This document shows positions 49,436 to 59,069 of a stretch of DNA of 64,000 nt, piece by piece. The DNA lies in contig CAVZVA010000011.1 of the NCBI GenBank assembly GCA_963778655.1, forward strand, positions 384,001-448,000. Direction: 5' to 3'. The notes below the pieces were generated by a model. The model was not told the origin of the DNA, searched no databases, and worked only from the letters and a program-made list of their open reading frames with translations. The position numbers and the translations under genes are program-made. The DNA is from an uncultured delta proteobacterium. Lineage in GTDB: Bacteria > Myxococcota_A > Polyangia > Polyangiales > JAFGIB01. Within the stretch, counting starts at the first letter, position 1; each line of letters starts with the position of its first letter.

Positions 49436-51070
49436 TCACCAGCAGGTGTTGGTGGCGCCGATCAGGCTGGCCACGTGATTTTCGAGCGCGTGCGCGGGCC
49501 ACGCCATCGTGAAGTTGTAACACATCTCGTCGTGGGTCGATTCGCCGAACGCAACGCCGTGATCGGTGGTGTTGTTGAAGATGCACTGCGCGGTGAGGGT
49601 GTCACCGGCTGCCAGGTCGTAGTCCTGCATGTAGTGGATCTGCTTGTTGAAGTCGAAGGGCTTGTCGAAGATGGTTTCGCTGGTGCCGTCCTGGTGATTG
49701 ACGATGGCCTTCATCTCCGTGCCCATCAGGTGCATGTGCGGCCAGAAGCCGATGATGTGAATCGGATCGGTCGAGTTCATGCCCTCGCGCAGCGGATCAC
49801 ACGTGCCCTCGAAGGTGCTGACCTGGCCGGGAGGCATGCCCGCGCCACCGAACCACTTGTTGCCGCCCAGATCCTCGGTCCCGATCCAGGTAATGGTCGC
49901 GACGTGCTGCACGGCCGAGGCGGGCATCGTGCAGACCTGAATCGCGGAGTGGTCGTACTGTACCGAGCCGGTGCTGTTGAAGAAGTGCCACTGGCCGTTG
50001 AGCTTGACCGTTCCTGGGTCCGGAAGCTCGAGCCCGACGTGCTCAGGCATCGCGAGATTGGTGCCGCCCACGGCCCAACCGGCGAGCAACGTCGCGCTGT
50101 CTCCGACCAGCGTCGGCAGCGGCACCACCTCGTGGTAGCCGTCGTTGTCGGTCGTGTCGGAGGTGAAGAGCAGCCAGTGGTGCAGCACCGCCTCGTTGTC
50201 GAAATCCGTCCCGTAGCGGGTGGCGACGCTGCCCGCGGCCCAGGGGATGTCGTAGTAGAACTGCGCGTAGTGCTCGCCCGTGGGCACCTCGTACTTGGTG
50301 TCGTCGACCTTGTCGGTGGACGCGTGGTTCGGAAACTCGTAGCAGGTCTCGCCCGGCAGCGCGGTGAGCTTGCCGTAGGTCCCGTCTCCGGTGTTCATGT
50401 CGGCCGGCGGCTTCGCGCCCGCGCAAGCGCGATCGGCGTCCGTGCCCGCGGGCGCGCCTTGACCGAGCCAGTCGTCGAGCACGCTGAAGTCGTCGTGCGA
50501 GATGGCGCCTCCCGGTGGCATCGGCATCGACTGGGCGTTGATCCGCATCTTGGCCAGCTCGTAGACCTGCAGTGAGGGCTTGGTCTTGGCCGGCTTGTGG
50601 AAGTCGTCGTAGCTGAGCAGCGACATCGGCGCGCCGCCGATCGGGGTGGCGCCGTGGCAGGTCTGGCAGTTGGTGGCGACCACCGTGGCCACGTCGCAGG
50701 GCATGGGCGTCGAGCCCTGCGCGTCGGTGCTTTGGGTGGTCATGGCGTTCGCGCCGCTACCGGCAGCGCCCCCGACTCCGCCGGTGCCGACGAGGGTCGA
50801 GCCGCTGCCCGCCGTGGCTGCAGGGCTCCCGTTCGAGCCCAAAGGAGCGCCAGGCGCGGCTGGAGCAGTGCCCGGGAGGTTCGGATCGGCCGTGGTCACC
50901 TGCGCGGGGCCGGCGTCCGGCGACCCGCAGCCCAGGGCTGCAAACGCGAGCATCACGGCCAAGGCGGGCGCAGAGACTGCGGCGAGGATGACGCCTGGGG
51001 CGACGCGCGAGGGGCGCGCGGGCAGGGCTCGTGCGCCATGACGGAATTGCGGTGCGTTAGGCCGGCTCAC
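49436..51070 (-). CDS. Lipoprotein: cytochrome c domain plus copper type II (PHM/DBM-like) monooxygenase, paralog 2
   Basis: ALGC lipobox, CQTCH...MPP, LHHWLL, GQWHF, PHMHLMG and EMC; same LIGATNTCW end as paralog 1. Confidence 0.85.
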   Translation of the reverse strand: MSRPNAPQFRHGARALPARPSRVAPGVILAAVSAPALAVMLAFAALGCGSPDAGPAQVTTADPNLPGTAPAAPGAPLGSNGSPAATAGSGSTLVGTGGVGGAAGSGANAMTTQSTDAQGSTPMPCDVATVVATNCQTCHGATPIGGAPMSLLSYDDFHKPAKTKPSLQVYELAKMRINAQSMPMPPGGAISHDDFSVLDDWLGQGAPAGTDADRACAGAKPPADMNTGDGTYGKLTALPGETCYEFPNHASTDKVDDTKYEVPTGEHYAQFYYDIPWAAGSVATRYGTDFDNEAVLHHWLLFTSDTTDNDGYHEVVPLPTLVGDSATLLAGWAVGGTNLAMPEHVGLELPDPGTVKLNGQWHFFNSTGSVQYDHSAIQVCTMPASAVQHVATITWIGTEDLGGNKWFGGAGMPPGQVSTFEGTCDPLREGMNSTDPIHIIGFWPHMHLMGTEMKAIVNHQDGTSETIFDKPFDFNKQIHYMQDYDLAAGDTLTAQCIFNNTTDHGVAFGESTHDEMCYNFTMAWPAHALENHVASLIGATNTCW

Positions 51071-51194
51071 GCGAACCTCCTCGAGCCAGAGGCCTGGCCC
51101 TGATGCTGGGGTGTTACTGGCGGCCGAGGGAGCCCTCCTTCCCTCTGCCTGAAATTGAGTAGCCCGTTCGCTCAGGAACGGCTCAGTATTCTTC

Positions 51195-51246
51195 GTAACT
51201 GATTGAAACTATAATATAATAGGGATACGGCACCGTTTGTGAAGAG
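51195..51246 (-). promoter_or_regulatory. Conserved AT-rich promoter/operator, copy 2
   Basis: Paralogous to 49213-49264, at nearly the same distance from the start codon; TATTAT at the -10 position. Confidence 0.65.
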
Positions 51247-51375
51247 CGCCCGCGGCGACCCGGCGCGGGGACGCCGACGGCACGATCGGAGGGTCTCAGC
51301 AGCCGCAAGGCCACGACCACAGCGAGCCGGGCAGCCCGCCGTCCGAACGGCTCTGAATACGCCTCGCTACCGGGC

Positions 51376-51858
51376 TCAGGAGTAGATCAGGCGGGTGATC
51401 CACTCGGCCACGCAGGCCGGCTTGTCCTCGCCCTCGATCTCGACCGTGCACTTGTGCGTCAAGTGCAAGGTGCTCGGGTTCTTGAGCTCGACCGAGGCGA
51501 TCTCGCGCCGCATGCGGATCTTGGAGTTGACCTTGACCGGCGCCACGAAGCGCACCTTCTCGAAGCCGTAGTTCACGCCCATCATGATGCCGGAGTAGGC
51601 CTCGTTGTAGGAAGCCTTCACCGACGCCGACAGATGGGTGAGCAGCGAGAGGGTCAGAAAGCCATGCGCGATCGTGACCTTGTAGGGCGAGAGCTGGGCC
51701 GCCCGCTCGGGATCGACGTGGATGAACTGGTGGTCGAGCGTGCAGTCGGCGAACTGGTTGATGCGGACCTGGTCGACGAGGAACCAGGCGCCGGGCTCCT
51801 CGGCCTTGCCGACGTGCTGCTTGAAGATCTCGACTGCCTTTTCCGCGTTTGTCGCCAT
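51376..51858 (-). CDS. MaoC (NodN-like) dehydratase
   Basis: INQFADCTLDHQFIHVDPERA, TIAHGFLTLSL and NYGFEKVRF. Confidence 0.92.
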   Translation of the reverse strand: MATNAEKAVEIFKQHVGKAEEPGAWFLVDQVRINQFADCTLDHQFIHVDPERAAQLSPYKVTIAHGFLTLSLLTHLSASVKASYNEAYSGIMMGVNYGFEKVRFVAPVKVNSKIRMRREIASVELKNPSTLHLTHKCTVEIEGEDKPACVAEWITRLIYS

Positions 51859-51975
51859 GGTGCTCGTCCTGTCGCTCTGGGCTGTGAGAGTCGGGTTCTA
51901 AATCGGCCGGCCGCGTCCTGCAACCGGCTTCGCCGGCCGGCTTGCTCCAAGGAGGGCCGTTTGCGAGGTTAGGCC

Positions 51976-53115
51976 GTGCGCCTGGCTCGCTTCAGCGACG
52001 AGCTCCTGCCGTTTTTGGCGATGGAGATCATGGAGCGCGGGCTGCAGCTGGCGCGCGAGGGCGCCGACGTGGTGCAACTCGCGGTCGGAGACCCCGACTT
52101 CGAGCCGCCGCCCGAGGTGGTGGCCGAAGCGGTGCGCGCCCTGCAGGCCGGCGACACCCACTACACCGCGAGCCAGGGGCTGCCCGCGCTGCGCACCGCG
52201 ATCGCGCGCGACTGCAGCGCGCGGCGTGGCGTGGAGATCGCGCCCGAGCAGGTGATGGTGACCAGCGGCACCTCGCCGGCGCTGCACATGGTGCTGCGGC
52301 TGCTGCTCGATCCCGGAGACGAGGCGATCGTGCCCGCGCCGTACTACCCCTGCTATCCGAACATGATCCTGGCTTGCGACGCGCGTCCGGTCTACGTGCC
52401 CACCTACGCCGAAGAGGGCTTCGCGCTCGACGCCGAGCGCGTGCGCCGGGCGATCACGCCGCGCACCCGCTGCATCCTGCTGGCCTCGCCGGGCAATCCG
52501 ACCGGCGCAGTGCAGCCGGCCGCCGCGGTCGAGGCGCTGTGCGCGCTGGGGCTGCCGATCGTGAGCGACGAAATCTACGACGGCCTGCTGTTCGAGGGCG
52601 CTGAGGTGTGCTCGCCGCTGCGCTTCAGCCGCGAGTGCTTCGTGCTCGACGGCTTCTCCAAGCGCTACGCGATGACCGGCTTTCGGTTGGGCTATGCGAT
52701 CGCGCCCGAGGGCGCGCTGCGCGCGCTGCAGAGCCTGCAGCAGAACCTGCACATCAGCGCCTCCTCGTTCGCGCAGCGCGCCGGCGTGGCGGCGCTCGCG
52801 TGCGGCGCGCCCCACCTCGAGAGCATGCGGCAGCACTATGCGCGGCGGCGAGCCAAGCTGCTCGCGGGGGTGCGTGCGCTCGGCTTCGAGCTCACGCATG
52901 CACCGCAAGGCGCGTTCTACCTGCTGGCCGGCGCTCGCCGGCTCGGCTCCGACTCGTTGCTGATCGCGCGCGAGCTGCTGGAACGGACGCACGTGGCGGT
53001 CGCGCCGGGGCGCGACTTCGGCGCAATCGCCGAAGGCTGCCTGCGCTTCAGCTACGCGACCAGCGAGGCGCGGATCGACGAAGGTCTCGCGCGCCTGCGG
53101 GGGGTGCTGGGCTGA
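51976..53115 (+). CDS. PLP-dependent aminotransferase class I/II
   Basis: GDPDF, SPGNPTG, SDEIY, DGFSKRYAMTGFRLG and LRFSYA. Confidence 0.93.
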   Translation: MRLARFSDELLPFLAMEIMERGLQLAREGADVVQLAVGDPDFEPPPEVVAEAVRALQAGDTHYTASQGLPALRTAIARDCSARRGVEIAPEQVMVTSGTSPALHMVLRLLLDPGDEAIVPAPYYPCYPNMILACDARPVYVPTYAEEGFALDAERVRRAITPRTRCILLASPGNPTGAVQPAAAVEALCALGLPIVSDEIYDGLLFEGAEVCSPLRFSRECFVLDGFSKRYAMTGFRLGYAIAPEGALRALQSLQQNLHISASSFAQRAGVAALACGAPHLESMRQHYARRRAKLLAGVRALGFELTHAPQGAFYLLAGARRLGSDSLLIARELLERTHVAVAPGRDFGAIAEGCLRFSYATSEARIDEGLARLRGVLG

Positions 53116-53200
53116 GCGGCGCGGCGGGCGCGCGCGCGGGCCGCGATGCGGCCGGCAAGACTTTCGCCTGCGGGCGCGGGCAGCTACAAGGAGAGACCGC

Positions 53201-54096
53201 ATGCGACGCGTCGAGCAGCGCACCACCCGGGTCCGAAGCGCGGCCGCGCTGGCGGTGCTGGCGATCGCCGCCGCGGGAACGCGAGCGCATGCGCAGGCCG
53301 CGGCGCAAGCGCCGGCGCCGCCCGCGGGCGACGCCGCGCCAGCCGCGAGCGCGGCCCCTGCCGCCGCCGCGACGCAGGCGGAACCGGCGACTACGTCCAG
53401 CGCAGCGATGCCGGCCCCGCCGCCCGCCTACGATCAGCCTCCCCCGTCTGCTCCACCGGCCGCCACCGAGCCAGCCATGCCACCCCCACCGCCGGCAGCT
53501 GCACCCGCGCCGGCAGCACCGGCAGCCGCGCCAGCGCAACCGCCGCCGCCAGCGCTGCCGCCGTCAGCACCAGCTCCACTGCCCTCGGGCGCGCCCGAAT
53601 CGATGTGGCGCTGGCCGCCGCCGCCACCTCCGCCGCCCGCTCATCAGGGGTTCTACCTGCGGCTGGGGCTGGGCCCGACGGCGTTCAAGGCGCGCTTTGC
53701 GCCGCACGAAAACGGCGCCGGCGCCGCGCTCGACGTGGCCGCAGGCGGCACCGTCGGCCCCGGCTTGGTGCTGTTCGGCGAGCTGAACGCGATCGGCGAC
53801 GGCAGCGCGCGCGAGACCTCGGCCTTCATGATCGGCGGCGGCGTTGCCTACTGGCTGCTCGAGCCGAATATCTACTTCTCCGCCAGCGTGGGCGCGGGCG
53901 CCGGCGCCTACCGCAACAGCGCCGATGACAGAGTCAGCACCCCCCCGGGCTCGGGGCATGCCTGATCGCGGGCAAAGAGTGGCTGATCGACCGCGGACCT
54001 TTGGGATTGGGCGCGGCGCTGTTCGGCCGCTACTCGAGCTTCGACGGCGGCAGCTTCGGCGCGCTCGGCGTGATGCTATCGGCCACGGTGCATTAG
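53201..54096 (+). CDS. Pro-rich outer-membrane beta-barrel-like protein, frameshifted in a C7 run (53940-53946)
   Basis: Signal peptide, Pro-rich linker, HQGFYLRLGLG. The shifted frame continues GLGACLIAGKEWLI...LSATVH*. Confidence 0.7.
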
Positions 54097-54118
54097 CTTC
54101 GAGCGCTAGGGACAGTGC

Positions 54119-55453
54119 CTAGAGGGGGAGTAGCAGGGAGGCCTGGGCGGTCCAGAGGAAGTCCCAGTTGACCGCGGGGCTGGTGGCGTCGGGGTTGTCG
54201 CTGGTGCTCGCCAGAAAGAAGGTCGCGCCGCCGGCCGTGATCACCGGCGCGAAGATCAGCGTGGGTGGGCCGCGGAACAGCGCCAACCGATAGCCCAGAG
54301 TCGCAGTGCCTTCGAGGTAGCCGATGGCGTGGCCGTTGGGGATCACCGAGTTGAGCGTGAGCTTGTCGGTCAGCGAGACCTGGCCGGCACCGAGCTGCAG
54401 ATCGAGCTCGGCGAAGAAGTTGTTGACGCCGCCGCCGAGCTCGGTAGCGCCGGCAAGCCCGATCCCGCGGAAGCGGCTGTCGAACAGATAATCGTCGAGC
54501 GTGAAGCCGTTGACGTTGACCTGATAGGGCTTGCGGTACTGCATCAAGCCCACGCCGAAGAAGATCGGAGGGATCTTGCCGGTGCGGGCGCCCACCACCG
54601 GCGAGCTGTCGCGCGAGTGGTCGTAGCGCACGCCGGCGACGAGGGTCTCGAACGCGGAGATCATCTTGAGCTCGCCGCTCGTGCCCTGACAGCCCATCAC
54701 GTCACCCGAGGCGGCGCGATCGACCACGCATACCTGCCGGTTGGGGACCGCCCGCGTCTCGAACGCGCGCGATTCGTAGCGGATCTGCGGCTCCCAGGCC
54801 GGGCTGATCGGCACGCCCAGGATGCCGAGCAGCTTGACCGCCTTGGGCGCGTAGTTCGCGACCTTCGAGGCCACCGCGCCTTCCTCGGTGCGCGGCGGCG
54901 CCACGCCGTTGCTCTCGTAGTAGCCCTTGCGCACGTTCAGGAAGTAGATCTTGGCCTTGACGTCGATGTTCCAGGTCGCGTAGTTGCCCACGTCCACGTG
55001 AACCGCGCGGTATTGCTGGGGCACCCAGCCGCGGTAACCGCCGCCGAGCGTGACGTCGAGCTTGAAGTTCTTGCCCATCACCCGCAGCGGAAGCTCGGGC
55101 CCCTTCTGCGGCGCCTGCTGCAAAGGATCTTGGGGGGTCAAATCGAGCTTGAGCCCGGGCACGCCGCTCGCGACCTGTTGTGACTTGCCCGCAGGCTTCT
55201 GCGTTGGCTTGGGCGCGGCCGCGGCTTGCTGCTGCTTGCGCTTGCGCTCGGCCTCCGCTTGCTCTTGCTGCTTGCGCTTGCGCTCGGCCTCGTCGGACTT
55301 CTCGATGCCCTCGCGCACGTGCTGCTGGAGCTGCTGCTTGAGGGTCTGGGCGCGCGCGCCCGCCGCGCAGCCCAGCACGCCCAGCACCAGCGCGACCCGC
55401 CATGGCACCGGCACGCGTCGCGCGAACGACTCCGTGTGCAGGCGGCGGAGCAC
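54119..55453 (-). CDS. Secreted hypothetical protein, likely beta-rich or outer-membrane
   Basis: Signal peptide (ARA-Q), charged coiled coil, amphipathic beta-strand pattern. Start uncertain. Confidence 0.75.
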   Translation of the reverse strand: MLRRLHTESFARRVPVPWRVALVLGVLGCAAGARAQTLKQQLQQHVREGIEKSDEAERKRKQQEQAEAERKRKQQQAAAAPKPTQKPAGKSQQVASGVPGLKLDLTPQDPLQQAPQKGPELPLRVMGKNFKLDVTLGGGYRGWVPQQYRAVHVDVGNYATWNIDVKAKIYFLNVRKGYYESNGVAPPRTEEGAVASKVANYAPKAVKLLGILGVPISPAWEPQIRYESRAFETRAVPNRQVCVVDRAASGDVMGCQGTSGELKMISAFETLVAGVRYDHSRDSSPVVGARTGKIPPIFFGVGLMQYRKPYQVNVNGFTLDDYLFDSRFRGIGLAGATELGGGVNNFFAELDLQLGAGQVSLTDKLTLNSVIPNGHAIGYLEGTATLGYRLALFRGPPTLIFAPVITAGGATFFLASTSDNPDATSPAVNWDFLWTAQASLLLPL

Positions 55454-55462
55454 GCGCCTCTC

Positions 55463-56203
55463 TCAGCGCGCAAAGCGCTGCCAGCGCCCGGCGATCAGGC
55501 GCTCGTGCGGATAGTAGCGGCGCTTGTAAGCCATCGCCTTGCAGCCCTCGATCGTGAGCCCGAGGTAGAGGTAGTCGAGCCCCCAGCGCCGGCACAGCTC
55601 GAGCTGGCACAGGATCGAGTACACACCCGGGCTGAGCGCGCCGTAGCCGGGGTCGTAATAGCAGTAAACGGCCGAGAGCGCGCGCTCGCCACGGTCGACG
55701 ATCGCAACGCCGATCAAGGTGCCGTGCACGCGGTAGCGCAGCTCGAAGCTCTCGCAGCAGGTATCGGCCAGCACCGCGCCATAGCCGGCCAGCGTGATCG
55801 GCCCGCCCTCGTGGCTCAGCCCGCGCAGCTGTTTGTGGCGGTTGTAGAGCGCGGCGCGGCGCTCGTCGGACTCGACCGGGCCGATCTCGGTCTCGATCAC
55901 GCGCTGGCCGCGGCGAAAGATGCGGCGCTCGGTGCGGCTCGGGCGGTGGTCGCGCGCAGGGATGCGAATCGCTTCACAGGCGTCGCAGGTGGCGCAGCCG
56001 GTGCAGTACACCAGCCGCCCCTGACGGCGCTCGCCCTTGGCCAGGCGGACGTCGAGCTGCGCGCGGCCCAGGCGCGCCAGTGGCAGCCGCAGCGGCAGAC
56101 GGGCGGTCTGCCCGGGCAGATACGGGCACGGCATGGGCTCGTCGTGGACGAGCAGCTCGGGCGGGTCCCCCGGCAACATGGGGTAGCGCTGCGGCGCCGA
56201 CAT
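55463..56203 (-). CDS. Arginyl-tRNA-protein transferase family (Ate/Bpt)
   Basis: CPYLPG, CxxCxACxxIRI, LSAVYCYYDP, SPGVYSIL, YLYLG and MAYK. Confidence 0.9.
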   Translation of the reverse strand: MSAPQRYPMLPGDPPELLVHDEPMPCPYLPGQTARLPLRLPLARLGRAQLDVRLAKGERRQGRLVYCTGCATCDACEAIRIPARDHRPSRTERRIFRRGQRVIETEIGPVESDERRAALYNRHKQLRGLSHEGGPITLAGYGAVLADTCCESFELRYRVHGTLIGVAIVDRGERALSAVYCYYDPGYGALSPGVYSILCQLELCRRWGLDYLYLGLTIEGCKAMAYKRRYYPHERLIAGRWQRFAR

Positions 56204-56345
56204 GCCCCGAGCGTAGCAGATCAGGACGCCTCGCTGGCGGTTCCACCCCAGGCTGGGGCATTGACAAGGCACGGCGCCGGCGCTTTGTTCGGCCGTGCCC
56301 GGCCGGAGCAGCCGTGTGGCCAGGGCATCGGACGAGGAAGTGCCC

Positions 56346-57563
56346 ATGAGCGCGCGTATTTTCGTCAGCTACTCGACCCAGGACGGTGAGCTCGGCGACC
56401 AGCTGGTCGCGCTGCTGCGGGCCATGATCGAAGGCGCCGAGGTGGCTTGCAGCCCCCTGCCGGCGCACGAGCCGGCGGGCGGCGACGACTCCTACGCGGC
56501 GCTCAAGCAGCGGCTCGCGGACGCCGACGCAGTGGTCGGTGTGATCACGGCGCGCGCGCTCGCATCGGGCGAGGTCCCGTTCCAGCTGGGGGCCGCCTGG
56601 GCGCTCGGCAAGCCGCTGGTGCTGTTGCTGGGCCCCGACGGCAGCGCGGCCGAGCTGTTCTTGCCGATGGGTCATGCCGAGACCCTGGTGCTCGGACCCG
56701 AGGCCCTGCTCGAGCTGGCGGCCTCGCTGGCGACGCGTACCGGCTTGAGCGCGGAGCTGAGCCCGGCGGCGCGCGAGGCGCTCGCCGCGCTGTTCCCCGA
56801 GTGGCAAGGGCTGGACCGCGAGTCCAGCGAGCGGCCAATCGAGGAAGGCGATCGCGAGTCGGGCTCGACGCAGCAGCTGTGGCCGATCGAGGAGTCGTTC
56901 GAGGCGGAACGGGTCGAGCGTGAGGCGGCTGAGCGCGCGCGCAGCGCGACGCCCGCGGCGGGCACGCCAATCGCCAGCCGCTCCTCGCATCCGGCCGCGG
57001 ACGGCCCCGTGCGCACGGCGCTGCCCTCCTGCAGCGACAGCCTGCAAGCGGGACGCGCGGTCTCGGACTGCGTCTTTCACCGCGCGCAGAGCAGCGCGTT
57101 CGCCGACGAGCTGGACATGCCGTTCGGGGTGTTTCTGGCCGCGCTGGGCGGCAACTGGAGCATGCTCCGCGATCTCGAGGATCTCGACGTGTGGTTGGAG
57201 GCGGCCGACAACCTGTTGGTGTCGCTGGACGCCCACGAGCAGCACGTGCGCTGCTGGTACGAGATCGGATTCGAGCTGGCCACCTTGCTCAACCTGGCGC
57301 GCGCCGAGCTCGAGGGCGAGGGCCCGGCGGTCGAGGAGATCGAGGAGAGCTGGCAGACCGCCTGGGCCACCCTGCAGCGCGCTGCACACCAGGCGGGGGT
57401 CGATGGCGATACCGTCGCCGAGCTACACGACCTGCTCGACAACCTGCGCGGGCCGCAGCCCGAGCGCGACTACGCAAACCTCGGCCGCGTGCAGCAACGC
57501 GTGCGCGAGCTCGCGGGCCGCCACGACGCGACCGGGGTTGCCGCCAGCGCCTGCGGCGGATGA
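56346..57563 (+). CDS. TIR-domain protein with helical C-terminal domain
   Basis: IFVSYS...D, LADADAVVGVIT...S..VPFQLGAAWALGKPLV. Confidence 0.78.
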   Translation: MSARIFVSYSTQDGELGDQLVALLRAMIEGAEVACSPLPAHEPAGGDDSYAALKQRLADADAVVGVITARALASGEVPFQLGAAWALGKPLVLLLGPDGSAAELFLPMGHAETLVLGPEALLELAASLATRTGLSAELSPAAREALAALFPEWQGLDRESSERPIEEGDRESGSTQQLWPIEESFEAERVEREAAERARSATPAAGTPIASRSSHPAADGPVRTALPSCSDSLQAGRAVSDCVFHRAQSSAFADELDMPFGVFLAALGGNWSMLRDLEDLDVWLEAADNLLVSLDAHEQHVRCWYEIGFELATLLNLARAELEGEGPAVEEIEESWQTAWATLQRAAHQAGVDGDTVAELHDLLDNLRGPQPERDYANLGRVQQRVRELAGRHDATGVAASACGG

Positions 57564-58960
57564 AGGGGCCAGGCAGGGACCCCTTCGGCCGCGAGGCCGG
57601 ACCATGGCATACTGCGCTGGTGAGCCTACGGAACAGGGGTGGGCGCCGGCGCCTGTGGACGGCGGGCCTAGTCACGCTCTGCTCGGCGTGCTCCTTCAAT
57701 CATTCGCCGATCGGACCCGACCGGGCGGTGGGCATCGCGGACAGCAACACGTTCGGCACGGCGGCCGCGGCAGGCAGCACGGGTGGTGGCGCTGCTGTGG
57801 GCGTGAGTGCGGGCGGCGGCGGTAGCGGCGGGGGCGCCAGCGGCGGGAGCGGCGGCGGCGCCAGCGGCGGGACCGGCGGCGGCGCCAGCGGCGGGAGCGG
57901 CGGCGGCGCCAGCGGCGGGACCGGCGGCGGCGCCAGCGGCGGGACCGGCGGCGGCGCCAGCGGCGGGACCGGCGGCGGCGCCAGCGGCGGGACCGGCGGC
58001 GGCGCCAGCGGCGGGACCGGCGGGACCAGCATGCCGAGCTTCTGCGCCCAACCGGCCAACGACGGCATGCCGTGCAACGACGGCTTCTTCTGCACCACCG
58101 GCGAGCATTGCGCCGACCGGCTGTGCAAGGGTGGCTCGCTCACCCCGTGCACGAACCTCGACGACCAATGCAACACCGGGGTCTGCAACGCCGCCACCGA
58201 TCGCTGCGAGAAGGCGCCGGCCCACCAGGGCGCGAGCTGCGACGACGGGCTGTTCTGCACCGTCGGCGAGACCTGCAACCAGCTCGGACGCTGTACCGGC
58301 GGTCAGCCCAACCCGTGCCTCGGCCAGGCCGACGCGTGCAACACGGCCAGCTGCGACGAGGCCAGCCACGCCTGCGTGCGCACGCCCGCGCACGACGGTG
58401 AGGCCTGCGGCGATGGGTCGGATTGCATGGTGGGCGCCACCTGCACCGCGGGCGTGTGCTCCCCGACCGCGTGCGCGGCGGGCCAGAGCTGCACGCTCGC
58501 CTGTCCGGGCTCGTGCGCGTGCGACATCGCCTGCGCGGGCGCGGCGAGCTGCCAGGGCACCTGCGACCCAGCCGCGAGCTGCAACGTCGACTGCCAGAAC
58601 GCGGCGCAGTGCAGCACGACCTGTACGACGAACGCGATCTGCAACGTCGGCTGCAACGGCGCGGCCTCGTGCGCGACCAGCTGCGCCGCCAACGCGAGCT
58701 GCACGGTGGTGTGCGCCTCGGCACTGCAGTGCGCGGCGGGCTGTCAGGCCAACTCGAGCTGTGACATCGACTGCCGCGGGGCGCTCGACTGCATCAGCAG
58801 GATCGATTGCGCCAACGGCGCGGAGTGCCTGCTGCGGTGCAGCCCGGGCACCATCAACGGCGGCAACGGCGGCAACGCGAGCTGTGGCTTCAACACCTGC
58901 CCGGGCGGGGTGACCCAGTGCGGCAACGGCGTGCTGGTGTGCGGGCGCGACTGCCCGTGA
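57560..58960 (+). CDS. Gly-rich and Cys-rich lipoprotein
   Basis: CSAC lipobox, GGGASGG(S/T) repeats, CNDGFFCT/CDDGLFCT repeats, then C-x3-C-x5-C repeats. Start 57560 (ATGA overlap) or 57620. Confidence 0.82.
   Translation: MKGPGRDPFGREAGPWHTALVSLRNRGGRRRLWTAGLVTLCSACSFNHSPIGPDRAVGIADSNTFGTAAAAGSTGGGAAVGVSAGGGGSGGGASGGSGGGASGGTGGGASGGSGGGASGGTGGGASGGTGGGASGGTGGGASGGTGGGASGGTGGTSMPSFCAQPANDGMPCNDGFFCTTGEHCADRLCKGGSLTPCTNLDDQCNTGVCNAATDRCEKAPAHQGASCDDGLFCTVGETCNQLGRCTGGQPNPCLGQADACNTASCDEASHACVRTPAHDGEACGDGSDCMVGATCTAGVCSPTACAAGQSCTLACPGSCACDIACAGAASCQGTCDPAASCNVDCQNAAQCSTTCTTNAICNVGCNGAASCATSCAANASCTVVCASALQCAAGCQANSSCDIDCRGALDCISRIDCANGAECLLRCSPGTINGGNGGNASCGFNTCPGGVTQCGNGVLVCGRDCP
57827..58018 (+). 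repeat. 24-bp coding tandem repeat, 8 copies
   Basis: Unit GGCGGCGGCGCCAGCGGCGGGA(C/G)C; GCCAGC recurs every 24 bp from 57836 to 58004. Confidence 0.92.
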
Positions 58961-59069
58961 GCCTGCGCGCGCGGCGCCGAGCCGAAGCCATGCGGCAGCG
59001 CGTGCACGCCGCGCCTCGACCCGCGGGCGGCGCGTGCTACATGCAGGCGCGAAGCGGCGGCGGGCGGCC

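Noticed and set aside
57827..58018. CRISPR array
   Set aside because: Contiguous in-frame Gly-rich units with no spacers and no cas genes.
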